From Sphingobacteriales bacterium (GTDB taxonomy: Bacteria > Bacteroidota > Bacteroidia > AKYH767-A > OLB10), in NCBI GenBank assembly GCA_021299095.1, contig JAJTFW010000001.1:46537-110536 (forward strand): 64,000 nt of DNA. Reading direction: 5' to 3'. Positions within the stretch are counted from its first letter, which is position 1. Each line of letters begins with the position of its first letter. A program made the translations under genes and the position numbers. The notes beneath the pieces are model-generated. The model was not told where the DNA came from. It made no database searches and saw only the letters and a program-made list of their open reading frames with translations. Positions 11,392-22,100 of this stretch are shown one piece after another.

Positions 11392-11592
11392 CAGTCGCGA
11401 AGCGATTACGGTCTTGATTCACTTTTCTTGGAAGTACGGAATCACGTTTTCGTAATTCCTAAACCCTTCATTTCAACACGTTTTTCCTTCAATGAATGCG
11501 AATCTGATTCGAACCAAATGGATTGATTTGTCATTACGGTCCACCTGAAAGTTTGCAGTATGATACGCGTTGAGGAGCAAATGGAATTTTCG

Positions 11593-12084
11593 TTATTCCT
11601 GAAGATTGGCTCTTCGCTTTACCGCATCGTAATCTGAAAGGTCAAGATCCGGATTATCTTGTAAAAAGGTGCCGGCGAATTTCACAATCTTAAATGTTCG
11701 AACACCTGGATTGGTCGGTTGAAAAAGATCGGAATCCGTCCAAAACATGGTAACGCCCCCAACGTAGCTAGAAACTTCGATGGTTGATGAAAAGTTCGGA
11801 TTGGTGTAAAAAGTCAACGGGAGCTGCGTAAACCCATTTCCGGATCCGATATACACCACAACAGCTCCAAAATCCATAATTGCAGGAGTGATATTCGGAT
11901 CGGGAATCGCAAGCACCCAGGACGGATTGTTGAAGACCCAGGCGGATGACGTAACTGTGGTGGCCAACACATTGGCATTACCATCGCGTCCAGGAGGACC
12001 TTCTGGTCCAGGTACGCAGGAAGAAATGTGAATTGTTATGGCCAAAATGGCCATCATTCGGAACAGGAAAGGGATGCTTTTCAT
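11593..12084 (-). CDS. Lipoprotein with a short collagen-like G-X-Y stretch, function unknown
   Basis: Signal peptide plus lipobox-like ITIHISSC, followed by GPEGPPGRDGN (three G-X-Y triplets plus a trailing Gly) and then a beta-rich domain. Confidence 0.55.
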   Translation of the reverse strand: MKSIPFLFRMMAILAITIHISSCVPGPEGPPGRDGNANVLATTVTSSAWVFNNPSWVLAIPDPNITPAIMDFGAVVVYIGSGNGFTQLPLTFYTNPNFSSTIEVSSYVGGVTMFWTDSDLFQPTNPGVRTFKIVKFAGTFLQDNPDLDLSDYDAVKRRANLQE

Positions 12085-12171
12085 AGTAGTTCAACTGATT
12101 TTTAGCGCGAATGGGCAAGAATTAGGCCATTGTTAAGGCTACTTGCACGTATCGAAGATAAGGCTTGAGAA

Positions 12172-13416
12172 CTATTCCACTTGAGAAAGAAATGCGGAAA
12201 TGGACTCAGCCGCCAGCCAAGAACTGGTCCATGCATGCTGAAAATTAAACCCTCCGGTAACTGCATCCACATCGAGTACCTCACCTGCCAGGTATAAACC
12301 CGGAAAACGGCGGGCGCCGAAGGTCTTGGTATCAATCTCATCAAGGGACACTCCTCCGCAGGTCACGAATTCATCCTTGAATGTGCTCTTGCCATTCACT
12401 TTGAACAGCGCTGATTTCAACTCTGAGGCAAGCTTATCGATTCGGGTATTTGAACAATCGGCCCAGCGTTTCTCACTATCAATCCCACTGCGCTCAACCA
12501 AATACCACCATGCACGTTTTGGAATGGCTGGAAATGGTGATGCGGTTGCGACACACTTTTTCGCATCGGAAGTACGTAACGCCATCAGTTGAGCACGCAT
12601 GCCATCGGCATTGATAGCTGGAAGAAAGTCTATTCGCAGTTCAGCCTGATATCCAGACTCAGCAAGATTTCGTGCAGCAAAGGCCGATAATTTCAAAACA
12701 GCCGGGCCACTGACACCCCAGTGGGTAAACAGCAATGGACCGCGGCTTTTAAAGCCAAATTGAATCAGGTCCAATACAACCTCCTGCATGGCTACACCGG
12801 CTAAATTCTGTAACGCCTTATCGCGTATATGAAAGGTAAATAATGATGGCACCTGATCATGCATTTGCAAACCCAGGTTGACCAACATACGCCAAACCTG
12901 CGGACTACTGCCTGCTGCAATCAAAACCGCCTGAGCTTCGATGGATGAACCGTCTTCCAGCAGACAAATCCAATGCTTATCCCTCTGCTCAACCCCTTTT
13001 ATACCACAACTGGTTCGAACGGTAACACCATTCCTTTCGCATGCCTGCCTGAGTGCATTTACAACCGCAGCAGAATCATCGCATTCCGGAAAAACCCGGC
13101 CATCGGACTCTGTTTTCACTTCTACGCCGCGCGACTCAAACCACTCCATCGTATCAGCAGGGCCGAACCGGGTAAAAGGTCCAAGCAAGGCTTTTCCTCC
13201 ACGGGGATAGTTCTGAATCAACTCACGGGGATCGAAGCATGCATGCGTCAAATTACAACGTCCTCCGCCTGAAATTCGTACCTTATCGAGTACCCGTGAT
13301 GACCGTTCTAGAATAATCACTTCAGTACCGGGAGATAGCTCAGCGATTCGGTTAGCACCGAAAAAACCTGCGGCGCCTCCACCAATTATGACACATCGCT
13401 TTGCAGAACTCTGCAC
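12172..13416 (-). CDS. NAD(P)/FAD-dependent oxidoreductase, HI0933/BaiN-like family
   Basis: N-terminal dinucleotide fold [22 protein letters not shown] motif and C-terminal [22 protein letters not shown]-like segment, typical of the HI0933 flavoprotein family. Confidence 0.85.
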   Translation of the reverse strand: [414 protein letters not shown]

Positions 13417-13417
13417 C

Positions 13418-14971
13418 TTAACGCCTGAAGATCTTTTCGGACTCGATGATGTTCACAGAAGTTGCACGCAGAGGATATTTCTTGACGATCTCATCCTCCT
13501 CCAATATCCGCTCACCAAGCACTTTTTGCAATGCGTTGCTGTAGGACATCGGAGAGTCCTTGCCACCCAACAAACTGTTTTTTAGCGGATCGGCTTCAGA
13601 CTTGTCGGTCACGATGGCAATATAGAATTGCTTCGTTTGCCAATACTGGCGGATGACCCGGTTGACATCATCGGCATTGCAAGCGGCGAGCAACGCATCG
13701 GCCTCAGTGAGCCAATCTGTGCGACCGTAAAAACGGCTATCGAGCAAATAAGCCAATTGTTGTTCGGGGGTCTGTGCGTACAGTTTCATGTATGAACGCA
13801 GAAAAGACCTTGTAAGCTCGAACTCCGACTGACTCATACCCGAGTCAATGAGCATTTGCATTTCACGGAAGGCCATGCGCAATGCAAAATATGCATGACC
13901 AAGTTCGACGTTCTCGAGTTCAGGATATTGTGCGCGAAGCCCTTTTGCGGTTTGCACAGGGCGGATCCAAATCGAAAAATAATTACTGCTTCGAGGATAC
14001 CCTGCACGCGGCAGCATATTTGAACCACCATTCTGATACCATTCGATATAGCTGTAATCGCCATAATTCATGGATCTCTCCTCCCTGATTTTCTGATACA
14101 GGCGTGAATACGATTTACGGTGTTCACCCAACCATGAGTTTGCAATCATCAATGCTGCAAAATCATTATTTGAGCGGGTAAGGTCCATCGGGAATCCAGC
14201 AAAAATCGCGGAACCCAATGCATTCGGTTTGGCAATGATATCGACTTCTATCCCATCGGGTCTTCTGGGGCGCTCAGCCATGGGTTCAGCTGGAGGACCA
14301 TCCGGTAACTCTTTCAAAGCTGCATTCAAAGCAGACAAAAACGCGTCAGAATAATCACCCGCAATGCCAAGGGTAAGTCGATTGCGGTTGAACTGCTCCG
14401 AATACTGCTGCATCGCATCCGACAGTGTTGAATTTGAGATCCCCTCACTGGTTCCAGCAACTGGGTGTTGGTAGGGTGACCCGCGGAATAGTAAGGCTTC
14501 AAGTGCCTTTTTTGAGAACTCCTCATCACTTGAGGTCCGAATGACCTGATCAATATAATTCTGCTGGTTTGATTTGATACGGCTGAAATCCGCTTCATCA
14601 AATCGCGGACGGAGCAGCAATCCCGTCATAACCGGCAAAAACTTGTCAGCGTGATCCTTGTGGAAGGAAAAAGTAAATACAGTTACTTCCTTATCGACAG
14701 TCACATCGATAGAGGCAGACCATGGATACAACAAGTCTGCAATTTGCGTGCTAGTCATATCGCGTGTACCACCCTCCGCAACACAGGAGGCAGCAAGCAA
14801 ACTAAGACCTTCACGACCTGCAGGATCATGCATGGACCCGGTTCGGAACATGGCCTTTACAACGATTTTACCCGTTCCAGATTTCTTTAGTTCGACCGTA
14901 TCGAATCCGTATATGCTTGAAGTAAAAACAAGAATGAGCAGCAGGGTCAGATTTCTTATCATGGTGTTCAT
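13418..14971 (-). CDS. M16 family peptidase-like protein (non-catalytic subunit type, lacks HxxEH)
   Basis: 517 aa with a signal peptide and pitrilysin-like two-domain length. There is no HxxEH motif. It lies 11 nt downstream of an HxxEH-containing paralog. Confidence 0.75.
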   Translation of the reverse strand: MNTMIRNLTLLLILVFTSSIYGFDTVELKKSGTGKIVVKAMFRTGSMHDPAGREGLSLLAASCVAEGGTRDMTSTQIADLLYPWSASIDVTVDKEVTVFTFSFHKDHADKFLPVMTGLLLRPRFDEADFSRIKSNQQNYIDQVIRTSSDEEFSKKALEALLFRGSPYQHPVAGTSEGISNSTLSDAMQQYSEQFNRNRLTLGIAGDYSDAFLSALNAALKELPDGPPAEPMAERPRRPDGIEVDIIAKPNALGSAIFAGFPMDLTRSNNDFAALMIANSWLGEHRKSYSRLYQKIREERSMNYGDYSYIEWYQNGGSNMLPRAGYPRSSNYFSIWIRPVQTAKGLRAQYPELENVELGHAYFALRMAFREMQMLIDSGMSQSEFELTRSFLRSYMKLYAQTPEQQLAYLLDSRFYGRTDWLTEADALLAACNADDVNRVIRQYWQTKQFYIAIVTDKSEADPLKNSLLGGKDSPMSYSNALQKVLGERILEEDEIVKKYPLRATSVNIIESEKIFRR

Positions 14972-14982
14972 ACGATATCAGT

Positions 14983-16422
14983 TTATTGAACCGGACTTTT
15001 TTCGTCAGATGAAATGGTAGCAATGGTCAAACCAGAATCGACCAGGTACTTGTTGGCTACCCTAAGCAGATCGTCTGCAGTCAGGCTGTCGTACATTGCA
15101 TAGGTGCGGTTCACCGACTCCGGATCACCCGTCACCCAGGTGAAATAGGACAAGGATTCAGCAATACGGGTCGGACTATCGGCATCCATGGTGAAACTGT
15201 ACCGCATCCTTGATTTTGCCTCGGTCAATTCGGCTGCAGTGAAGGGAACAGATTTTACGCGTCGTACTACAGAGTCGAGCGCTGCCTTTACACCTTTCAT
15301 AGCCGCACTATTTACAAGCGACACCTCAATCTGACCTAGATAAGGATCACGGGTATAATAACTAGTTCCACTCAGGCTTCTGGCTTGCTGATCCTCCTTC
15401 ACGAGCTTTTTGTACAATCCTGATTTTTCGGATGTCATCATCGTGAGTAACAAATCAAATGCAGGACCTTCCCGGTCATTATCGCGAAAAGCAGGCCCCT
15501 TGAAGTTCAGCGACAGGTAAGGCGGAAAACCTTCCATCTTCAAGTGGGTAAAGCGCGTAGCAGTCTGAGCGGGTTCAGCTGGAATTGATGCCACATAACT
15601 CCCCCGTTTCCACATTCCAAAATACGATTCACTCAGCTTATTCACCCGTTCCGGAGTCACATCCCCAACAACGATAATGGTGGTATACTCGGGTCGGTAA
15701 AACCGATTGAAGAACGAGATAGAATAATCAAACTGATTGGGCATATCTACAATATCCTTGAAGAAACCCATCGTGGTGTGCTTATACGTGTGCTTTGTAA
15801 AGGCCACATCATTCAGCTGCTCATTGAGTTGGTTGTAGGGACTTGCAGAGTTCTTGGTATACTCGCCTTTAACTGCGCCGGCCTCCGTTTTAAAATCCTG
15901 CACCGAGTACTTGAGGTTCATGAACCGATCTGATTCCAGTTCGAACATCTTATCCAGCATGGCTGCATTTCCGGTCATGTGATAAACGGTACGATCGAAC
16001 CAGGTATTCGCATTGGCACTTGCGCCTGTCGCTTTCAGTTCATCACTGTACTTTTCCTTGGGATATTTTTCCGTTCCTCGGAACATCATATGCTCGAAGA
16101 AATGGGCAAAACCGGTTTTACCCGGCTCTACTTCCTCGCGTGAGCCAACGCGCACAACGATGTAAAAAGCAGCTAAACCGGGATGTGGTGTTGGAACGGT
16201 TACCACATTCAATCCGTTGGACAACTGCTTCTGATGGATTGTGTACGGCAGAATTTTAGAGGCGGGGGCTTTATAGGGATTTTGATTCTTAGAGATCCCA
16301 GGAGCAGTGCCGGGCAGTTCGATTATGGTCGCGTCTTTGACCTTATTCTGAGCCCTGGCGAATCCGTTAACGAGTGACAGAATGCCCAAGAACAGGGCAA
16401 ATTTGTAGGATGCGTATTTCAT
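14983..16422 (-). CDS. M16 family (pitrilysin-type) zinc peptidase
   Basis: HFFEHMMFRGT is the inverted zinc-binding motif HxxEH. The signal peptide MKYASYKFALFLGILSLVNGFARAQ supports the ATG at 16422. The longer ORF extension to 16536 would overlap fabG. Confidence 0.88.
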   Translation of the reverse strand: MKYASYKFALFLGILSLVNGFARAQNKVKDATIIELPGTAPGISKNQNPYKAPASKILPYTIHQKQLSNGLNVVTVPTPHPGLAAFYIVVRVGSREEVEPGKTGFAHFFEHMMFRGTEKYPKEKYSDELKATGASANANTWFDRTVYHMTGNAAMLDKMFELESDRFMNLKYSVQDFKTEAGAVKGEYTKNSASPYNQLNEQLNDVAFTKHTYKHTTMGFFKDIVDMPNQFDYSISFFNRFYRPEYTTIIVVGDVTPERVNKLSESYFGMWKRGSYVASIPAEPAQTATRFTHLKMEGFPPYLSLNFKGPAFRDNDREGPAFDLLLTMMTSEKSGLYKKLVKEDQQARSLSGTSYYTRDPYLGQIEVSLVNSAAMKGVKAALDSVVRRVKSVPFTAAELTEAKSRMRYSFTMDADSPTRIAESLSYFTWVTGDPESVNRTYAMYDSLTADDLLRVANKYLVDSGLTIATISSDEKSPVQ

Positions 16423-16478
16423 ATGGCTACGAAAGATGAATGACTGGTAGAAAATGAACAGAAGGTATTCGGTCAGAA

Positions 16479-17228
16479 TCAGGTCAGCAAACCACCATTC
16501 ACCTGAATCACCTGGCCGGTTATGTACGATGACCAATCGCTGGCTAAAAAGACCACGGACTGAGCAATATCCAATGCGGTCCCACCGCGTTTCATCGGAA
16601 TCTGATCGCGCCAGGTCTGAACGGTTGCCGGATCAAGAACGGCAGTCATTTCCGTTTCGATAAATCCGGGTGCCACTGCATTGCACCGGATATTGCGAGA
16701 ACCCAGCTCGAGGGCAACAGATTTGGTAAATCCGATGATTCCGGCTTTGGAGGCTGCATAATTGGCCTGACCTGCATTTCCCTTTATACCGACAATGGAA
16801 GTGATGTTTATAATACTGCCATTCCGTTGTTTCAGCATGGGTTTTTGGCAGGCTTTCGTCACATTGAATACGCTTTTGAGGTTCGTGCGAATCACTTCGT
16901 CGAATTGCTCCTCGGACATTCGCATCAGCAGATTATCCCGGGTGATTCCTGCGTTATTGACAACTATATCCAGGGTCCCAAATGTTGTGACCACTTCGGT
17001 GACCAGGTCTTCGGCTGCTTTGAAATCAGACGCATCGGACCGGAAGCCCTTGGCTTTCACACCCATTGCACTGAGCTCCTGCTCTAGCTCGGCAGCTTTA
17101 TCCGGTGATGAGAGATAGGTAAAGGCCACATTGGCGCCCTGACGGGCCAGTTCCAAGGCGATACCACGTCCGATTCCGCGGGAGGCGCCGGTTACTAGGG
17201 CGTTTTTTCCGCTCAATATTTGCGTCAT
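16479..17228 (-). CDS. fabG: 3-oxoacyl-[acyl-carrier-protein] reductase
   Basis: Classical SDR: TGASRGIGRGIA, NNAG and YAASKAG (the YxxxK catalytic motif). Length 249 aa. Confidence 0.88.
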   Translation of the reverse strand: MTQILSGKNALVTGASRGIGRGIALELARQGANVAFTYLSSPDKAAELEQELSAMGVKAKGFRSDASDFKAAEDLVTEVVTTFGTLDIVVNNAGITRDNLLMRMSEEQFDEVIRTNLKSVFNVTKACQKPMLKQRNGSIINITSIVGIKGNAGQANYAASKAGIIGFTKSVALELGSRNIRCNAVAPGFIETEMTAVLDPATVQTWRDQIPMKRGGTALDIAQSVVFLASDWSSYITGQVIQVNGGLLT

Positions 17229-17300
17229 AGTTTGATTGTTGGTTTGATGCTGTTGCGTTTACTTTGCCAAAGATAACCAACCCCCAACACCACAGTCCTA

Positions 17301-18032
17301 ATGAAAAAGACACTTACACTGATTCTGTTGCTGTGCAGCTCACAGTTCATTCAAGCCCAGGAAGGCTTGCGCCTCGGTCTCAAAGGCTCTTACATGTCGA
17401 CCTGGCTCTTCAACAAGAACGTTTCTGATGCCGGAAATGAACTCGATTACGCCTCCACCTTTGGCGGAACAATCGGCATTCAGGGCGTTTACATGTTTGC
17501 GGAAACGTATGGCATCAATGTAGAGCTCGTCTCTGCAGGCCACAACCAGAAATATACTGGTGATGACAACGGCGTAACCGGCGAAATCGAACTCAAAATG
17601 CGTTACATCGACATCCCCGTCCTGTTCCGCGTAGCCAGCGAGAAGGGCCCATACTTTGAAATCGGACCTCAGTTCTCTTTTCTTGGATCTGCGAAAGAAT
17701 CCGCCACAATCAACGATGTGGAGTTGTACACGGACGAGGACTATAAAGATAATTTCAATGGATTCGGACTGGCCGCAGTTATGGGCTTTGGCGTTGACAT
17801 CAAACTTACCGATATGATCAACCTGAGTACAGGCTTGCGTTTTGGATATGCGTTTACCGATGCCACAGAAGAATTCACACAAACGGAAGCGGCACAAAAA
17901 TTCGGAAACGACGAGTTGAGTTTGGTTGCTTTGTCAGCCCATACCAACCAACAGGGTGATTTCGATTACGCCAAAACCAACCGTGCTTTTGGTGGTATCC
18001 AGCTCGGACTTCAGGTAAACCTGAGCAAATAA
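17301..18032 (+). CDS. Outer-membrane beta-barrel (porin-family) protein
   Basis: Signal peptide MKKTLTLILLLCSSQFIQAQ, alternating amphipathic beta-strand pattern, and an aromatic-rich C-terminal strand GGIQLGLQVNLSK. Confidence 0.65.
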   Translation: MKKTLTLILLLCSSQFIQAQEGLRLGLKGSYMSTWLFNKNVSDAGNELDYASTFGGTIGIQGVYMFAETYGINVELVSAGHNQKYTGDDNGVTGEIELKMRYIDIPVLFRVASEKGPYFEIGPQFSFLGSAKESATINDVELYTDEDYKDNFNGFGLAAVMGFGVDIKLTDMINLSTGLRFGYAFTDATEEFTQTEAAQKFGNDELSLVALSAHTNQQGDFDYAKTNRAFGGIQLGLQVNLSK

Positions 18033-18050
18033 GCTACTATCATCATACCA

Positions 18051-18080
18051 AAAAGGGACTCTGACGGGGTCCCTTTTTTC
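18051..18080 (+). terminator. Rho-independent terminator after the porin-like gene
   Basis: GGGAC (18055-18059) and GTCCC (18069-18073) form the stem, followed by TTTTTT (18074-18079). Confidence 0.65.
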
Positions 18081-18135
18081 ATGTCTTTACTTAAACAAAA
18101 ACATGATATAGAAAACCATAATATCTTGGTAATCA

Positions 18136-18165
18136 AATAAAAAAGGGGTTCAAAAGAACCCCTTA
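18136..18165 (-). terminator. Rho-independent terminator for sucD
   Basis: AAGGGGTTC (18143-18151), loop AAAA, then GAACCCCTT (18156-18164). On the minus strand the stem is followed by a T-run (plus-strand A-run 18137-18144). It lies about 20 nt downstream of the sucD stop. Confidence 0.75.
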
Positions 18166-18186
18166 AATAATTCCAATCGGTTGGAC

Positions 18187-19071
18187 TCAGGCACTCACCT
18201 TGCCCAACACTCCGGCGATGGTCTTTCCAATAATGGCTGGAGATTCAGCAACGTGGATTCCACACTCGCTCATGATTTTCATCTTCGCAGCGGCCGTATC
18301 TTCTGCCCCTCCAATGATAGCTCCGGCATGTCCCATGCGGCGTCCGGGAGGAGCGGTTTGACCTGCAATAAAACCAACGACAGGCTTCCGGTTTCCGGTT
18401 GATTTGATCCAGCGGGCAGCCTCGGCTTCCAGTCCTCCGCCAATCTCTCCGATCATAACGATGGCCTCTGTTTCCGGATCATTCATGAACAATTCAACCG
18501 CTTCACGGGTAGTTGTTCCGATGATTGGGTCACCTCCGATTCCGATTGCCGTACTAACTCCCAATCCAGCACGGGCAACCTGATCGGCCGCTTCGTAGGT
18601 AAGGGTTCCAGACTTGGAAACAATTCCAACCTTCCCCCGCTTGAACACGAAACCGGGCATGATTCCGACTTTGGCTTCGCCAGGTGTAATGACACCCGGG
18701 CAATTGGGACCGATTAAACGGCACTGCCTACCCCGCAGGTATTCCCGAACCATGATCATGTCCTTGGTGGGGATTCCTTCCGTGATAGCAACAATCAATG
18801 CGATACCCGCTTCTGCTGACTCCATGATAGCATCTGCGGCAAAAGCCGGAGGAACAAAAATGATGGAAACGTCCGCTCCCTGCTGCTTCACGGCATCGGA
18901 AACGGTATTGAAAACCGGACGATCGAGGTGCGTAGTACCACCCTTTCCGGGAGTCACGCCACCAACAACGTTGGTTCCGTATTCAATCATCTGGGTGGCA
19001 TGGAAGGTTCCTTCGTTGCCGGTGAATCCCTGGACGATAATCCGGGAATCTTTATTGACCAAAACGCTCAT
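18187..19071 (-). CDS. sucD: Succinate--CoA ligase subunit alpha
   Basis: Collinear with E. coli SucD ([23 protein letters not shown]-type SKSGTLTYE, phosphohistidine context MGHAGAI). ATG at 19071 ([10 protein letters not shown]) matches the SucD N-terminus. Confidence 0.95.
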   Translation of the reverse strand: MSVLVNKDSRIIVQGFTGNEGTFHATQMIEYGTNVVGGVTPGKGGTTHLDRPVFNTVSDAVKQQGADVSIIFVPPAFAADAIMESAEAGIALIVAITEGIPTKDMIMVREYLRGRQCRLIGPNCPGVITPGEAKVGIMPGFVFKRGKVGIVSKSGTLTYEAADQVARAGLGVSTAIGIGGDPIIGTTTREAVELFMNDPETEAIVMIGEIGGGLEAEAARWIKSTGNRKPVVGFIAGQTAPPGRRMGHAGAIIGGAEDTAAAKMKIMSECGIHVAESPAIIGKTIAGVLGKVSA

Positions 19072-19172
19072 TTTTTCCTCTTTTTCGGTGCGCAAAACTA
19101 GGTAAAATCATCCTTGTCACGATCCGGAAAAGACAGCAAGTTGCGCCTTGCATGTGCTATTTTTGCACCTGC

Positions 19173-22100
19173 ATGAACAATACCCAGCCCTACACGCCCA
19201 AGAATAAGATCCGCATTGTGACAGCGGCAAGCCTGTTCGACGGCCACGACGCCTCCATCAATATCATGCGCCGCATCATCCAGAGCAGCGGCGCCGAGGT
19301 GATTCATCTGGGTCACGACCGTTCGGTACAAGAGGTGGTGGAATGTGCCATTCAGGAGGATGCCAATGCCATTGCCATGACATCCTATCAAGGCGGGCAC
19401 ATGGAATACTTCAAGTACATGCATGATTTACTCAAGGAAAGAGGCTGTGCACATATCCGCATTTTCGGCGGAGGAGGAGGTACAATTCTTCCTGAAGAAA
19501 TCCGTGAGCTGCATGATTATGGAATCGCCCGCATCTATCACCCGGATGACGGACGTTCCATGGGGCTGCAAGGCATGATCAATGACATGTTGCAGAAGTG
19601 TGATTTCGCTACTGGCTTTGAACTCAACGGCGAAGTGAACCACCTCAGCACCTCCTCGCCCTATTCGGTAGCCCGTTTAATTTCCGCCGCGGAAAACAAC
19701 CGTGCGGAATTCGAGTCCTTCCTACCGGCCATCGAAGCCAAGGCCAAAGAATCCAAAACTCCTGTGCTCGGTATCACCGGAACCGGCGGTGCCGGGAAAT
19801 CCAGCCTGGTGGACGAACTGGTACGCCGTTTCCTTATTGACTTCCCGGAAAAGAGCATCGCCATACTATCTGTAGATCCCTCCAAACGTAAAACCGGAGG
19901 TGCCTTGCTTGGTGACCGAATTCGCATGAATGCCATCAACAATCGACGGGTATACATGCGCTCACTCGCTACCCGACAAAGCAACCTGGCGCTTAGTCGG
20001 TATGTCAAAGATGCGGTCGATTTAGTGAAGGCAGCAGGATATGATGTTGTCATCCTCGAAACTTCGGGCATCGGACAAAGCGATACAGAGATCACCGACC
20101 ACAGCGATATGTCGCTGTATGTAATGACTCCCGAATACGGAGCCGCCACCCAGCTTGAAAAAATCGACATGCTGGATTTTGCCGATGTGATCGCCCTAAA
20201 CAAATTCGACAAGCGCGGTGCATTGGATGCTTTGCGGGATGTCAGAAAACAATACAAACGCAATCACCAACTATGGGATGCGGAGGATGATACGTTACCC
20301 GTAATCGGAACCATCGCTTCTCAATTCAACGATCCAGGCATGAACCGCCTGTACAGGTTGGTGATGGATCGTCTGGTTCAAAAAACCGGTAGCCCGCTGC
20401 ATTCCAACCTGGATGCCAGCGATGAAATGAGCGAAAAGATTTACATCATCCCTCCACATCGCACACGATACCTGAGCGAGATTGCTGAAAACAACCGGAA
20501 ATACGACCAGTGGAGCATAGAGCAGGCTTCAATCGCTCAAAAACTCTTTGGAATTCACAAGGCATTGGACGTCCTACAGGATACCGACGTAGCCGGAAAA
20601 GAACAGGCAGCAGAAACCCTGCGTAGTGCGTATGCCGAATGGGAACTCCGTCTCGACGGTCAGAACAAAAAACTCCTTAGCCAGTTCCCCGAGAAAATTC
20701 GTCAATACAAGAGTGACGAATACATTTTCAAAGTACGTGACAAGGAGTTACGAATCAAAACCTGGACAGAATCGCTTTCACATTCCCGAATCCCAAAAGT
20801 TTCTGTTCCGAATTATGAGGCTTGGGGCGAACAGCTCAAGTGGATACTGCAAGAGAACTTCCCCGGCGAATTCCCATTCACTTCAGGGGTGTTTCCCTTC
20901 AAACGGGAGGGTGAGGATCCAACGAGAATGTTCGCAGGTGAGGGTGGTCCAGAACGCACCAACCGTCGCTTTCACTACGTGAGCCAGGGAATGCCTGCTC
21001 ACCGCTTGAGTACAGCATTCGACTCCGTCACCCTATACGGACATGACCCCGATTTGCGTCCGGACATTTACGGTAAAATCGGAAACTCAGGGGTTAGTAT
21101 TTGCTGCCTGGACGATGCCAAGAAATTATACAGTGGCTTCAACCTTGCTGACCCGAAAACATCGGTGAGCATGACCATCAACGGTCCGGCTGCCATGCTA
21201 ACCGGGTTTTTCATGAACGCCGCCATTGATCAGCAGTGCGAACTTCACATCCGCAATGAAGGGATTCAGGAAGAAATTGAAAAGAAAATCTCCCAACTGC
21301 AAAAGGAGCAGCCCGGCGAGCCCCCACGATACAACGGACCATTGCCCGATGGGAATGATGGCCTTGGGCTCATGCTGCTTGGCTTGACGGGCGACCAGGT
21401 TTTACCTCCGGACACCTATCAGAAAATCAAAGCTTATACCCTCTCACAGGTCAGAGGTACAGTACAGGCCGACATCCTCAAGGAAGACCAGGCGCAGAAC
21501 ACCTGCATTTTCAGTACTGAATTTGCACTTCGACTGATGGGGGATATGCAGGATTACTTCATTCGAAACAGCATCCGGAATTTCTACTCCGTTTCGATTT
21601 CGGGATACCACATTGCAGAAGCGGGTGCCAATCCCATTACCCAGCTCGCATTCACCCTCGCCAACGGCTTTACCTACGTGGAATACTACGCAAGCCGGGG
21701 CATGGACATCAATGCATTCGCACCAAACCTGAGCTTCTTTTTCAGCAATGGAATTGATCCCGAATACGCTGTCATCGGTCGTGTAGCACGTCGTATTTGG
21801 GCCAAAGCCATGAAGCTCAAGTACGGTGCGAATGAACGCAGTCAGCTGCTTAAGTACCACATCCAAACCAGCGGGCGATCGCTTCACGCCCAGGAAATCG
21901 ATTTCAACGACATCCGGACGACCTTACAGGCCCTATACGCAATTTATGACAACTGCAACAGCCTTCACACCAACGCCTACGATGAAGCAATCACTACTCC
22001 CACCGAGGAAAGTGTTCGCCGAGCGATGGCTATTCAGCTCATCATCAACAGGGAACTTGGACTGGCCAAGAACGAAAACCCCCTACAGGGCTCATTCATT

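Noticed and set aside
11219-11422. 67-aa minus-strand ORF overlapping the 3' part of ssrA
   Set aside because: It lies antisense to the highly structured tmRNA T-arm and acceptor region. It has no coding features and is explained by the RNA gene.
10880-12171. Genomic island integrated at ssrA
   Set aside because: I see no integrase or other mobile gene and no repeat of the tmRNA 3' end by eye. Housekeeping-type genes resume immediately (oxidoreductase, M16 peptidases, fabG). A genome-wide repeat search would be needed for certainty.
16423-16536. Upstream extension of the M16 peptidase ORF that overlaps fabG
   Set aside because: The extension precedes a perfect signal peptide that starts at ATG 16422, and it would overlap the 3' end of fabG by 58 nt. 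The shorter start is preferred.
18187-19071. sucD without an adjacent sucC, as a possible rearrangement
   Set aside because: The gene is intact and has its own terminator and a divergent promoter region. Unlinked sucC and sucD genes are not unusual in Bacteroidota, so this is not evidence of anything unusual.
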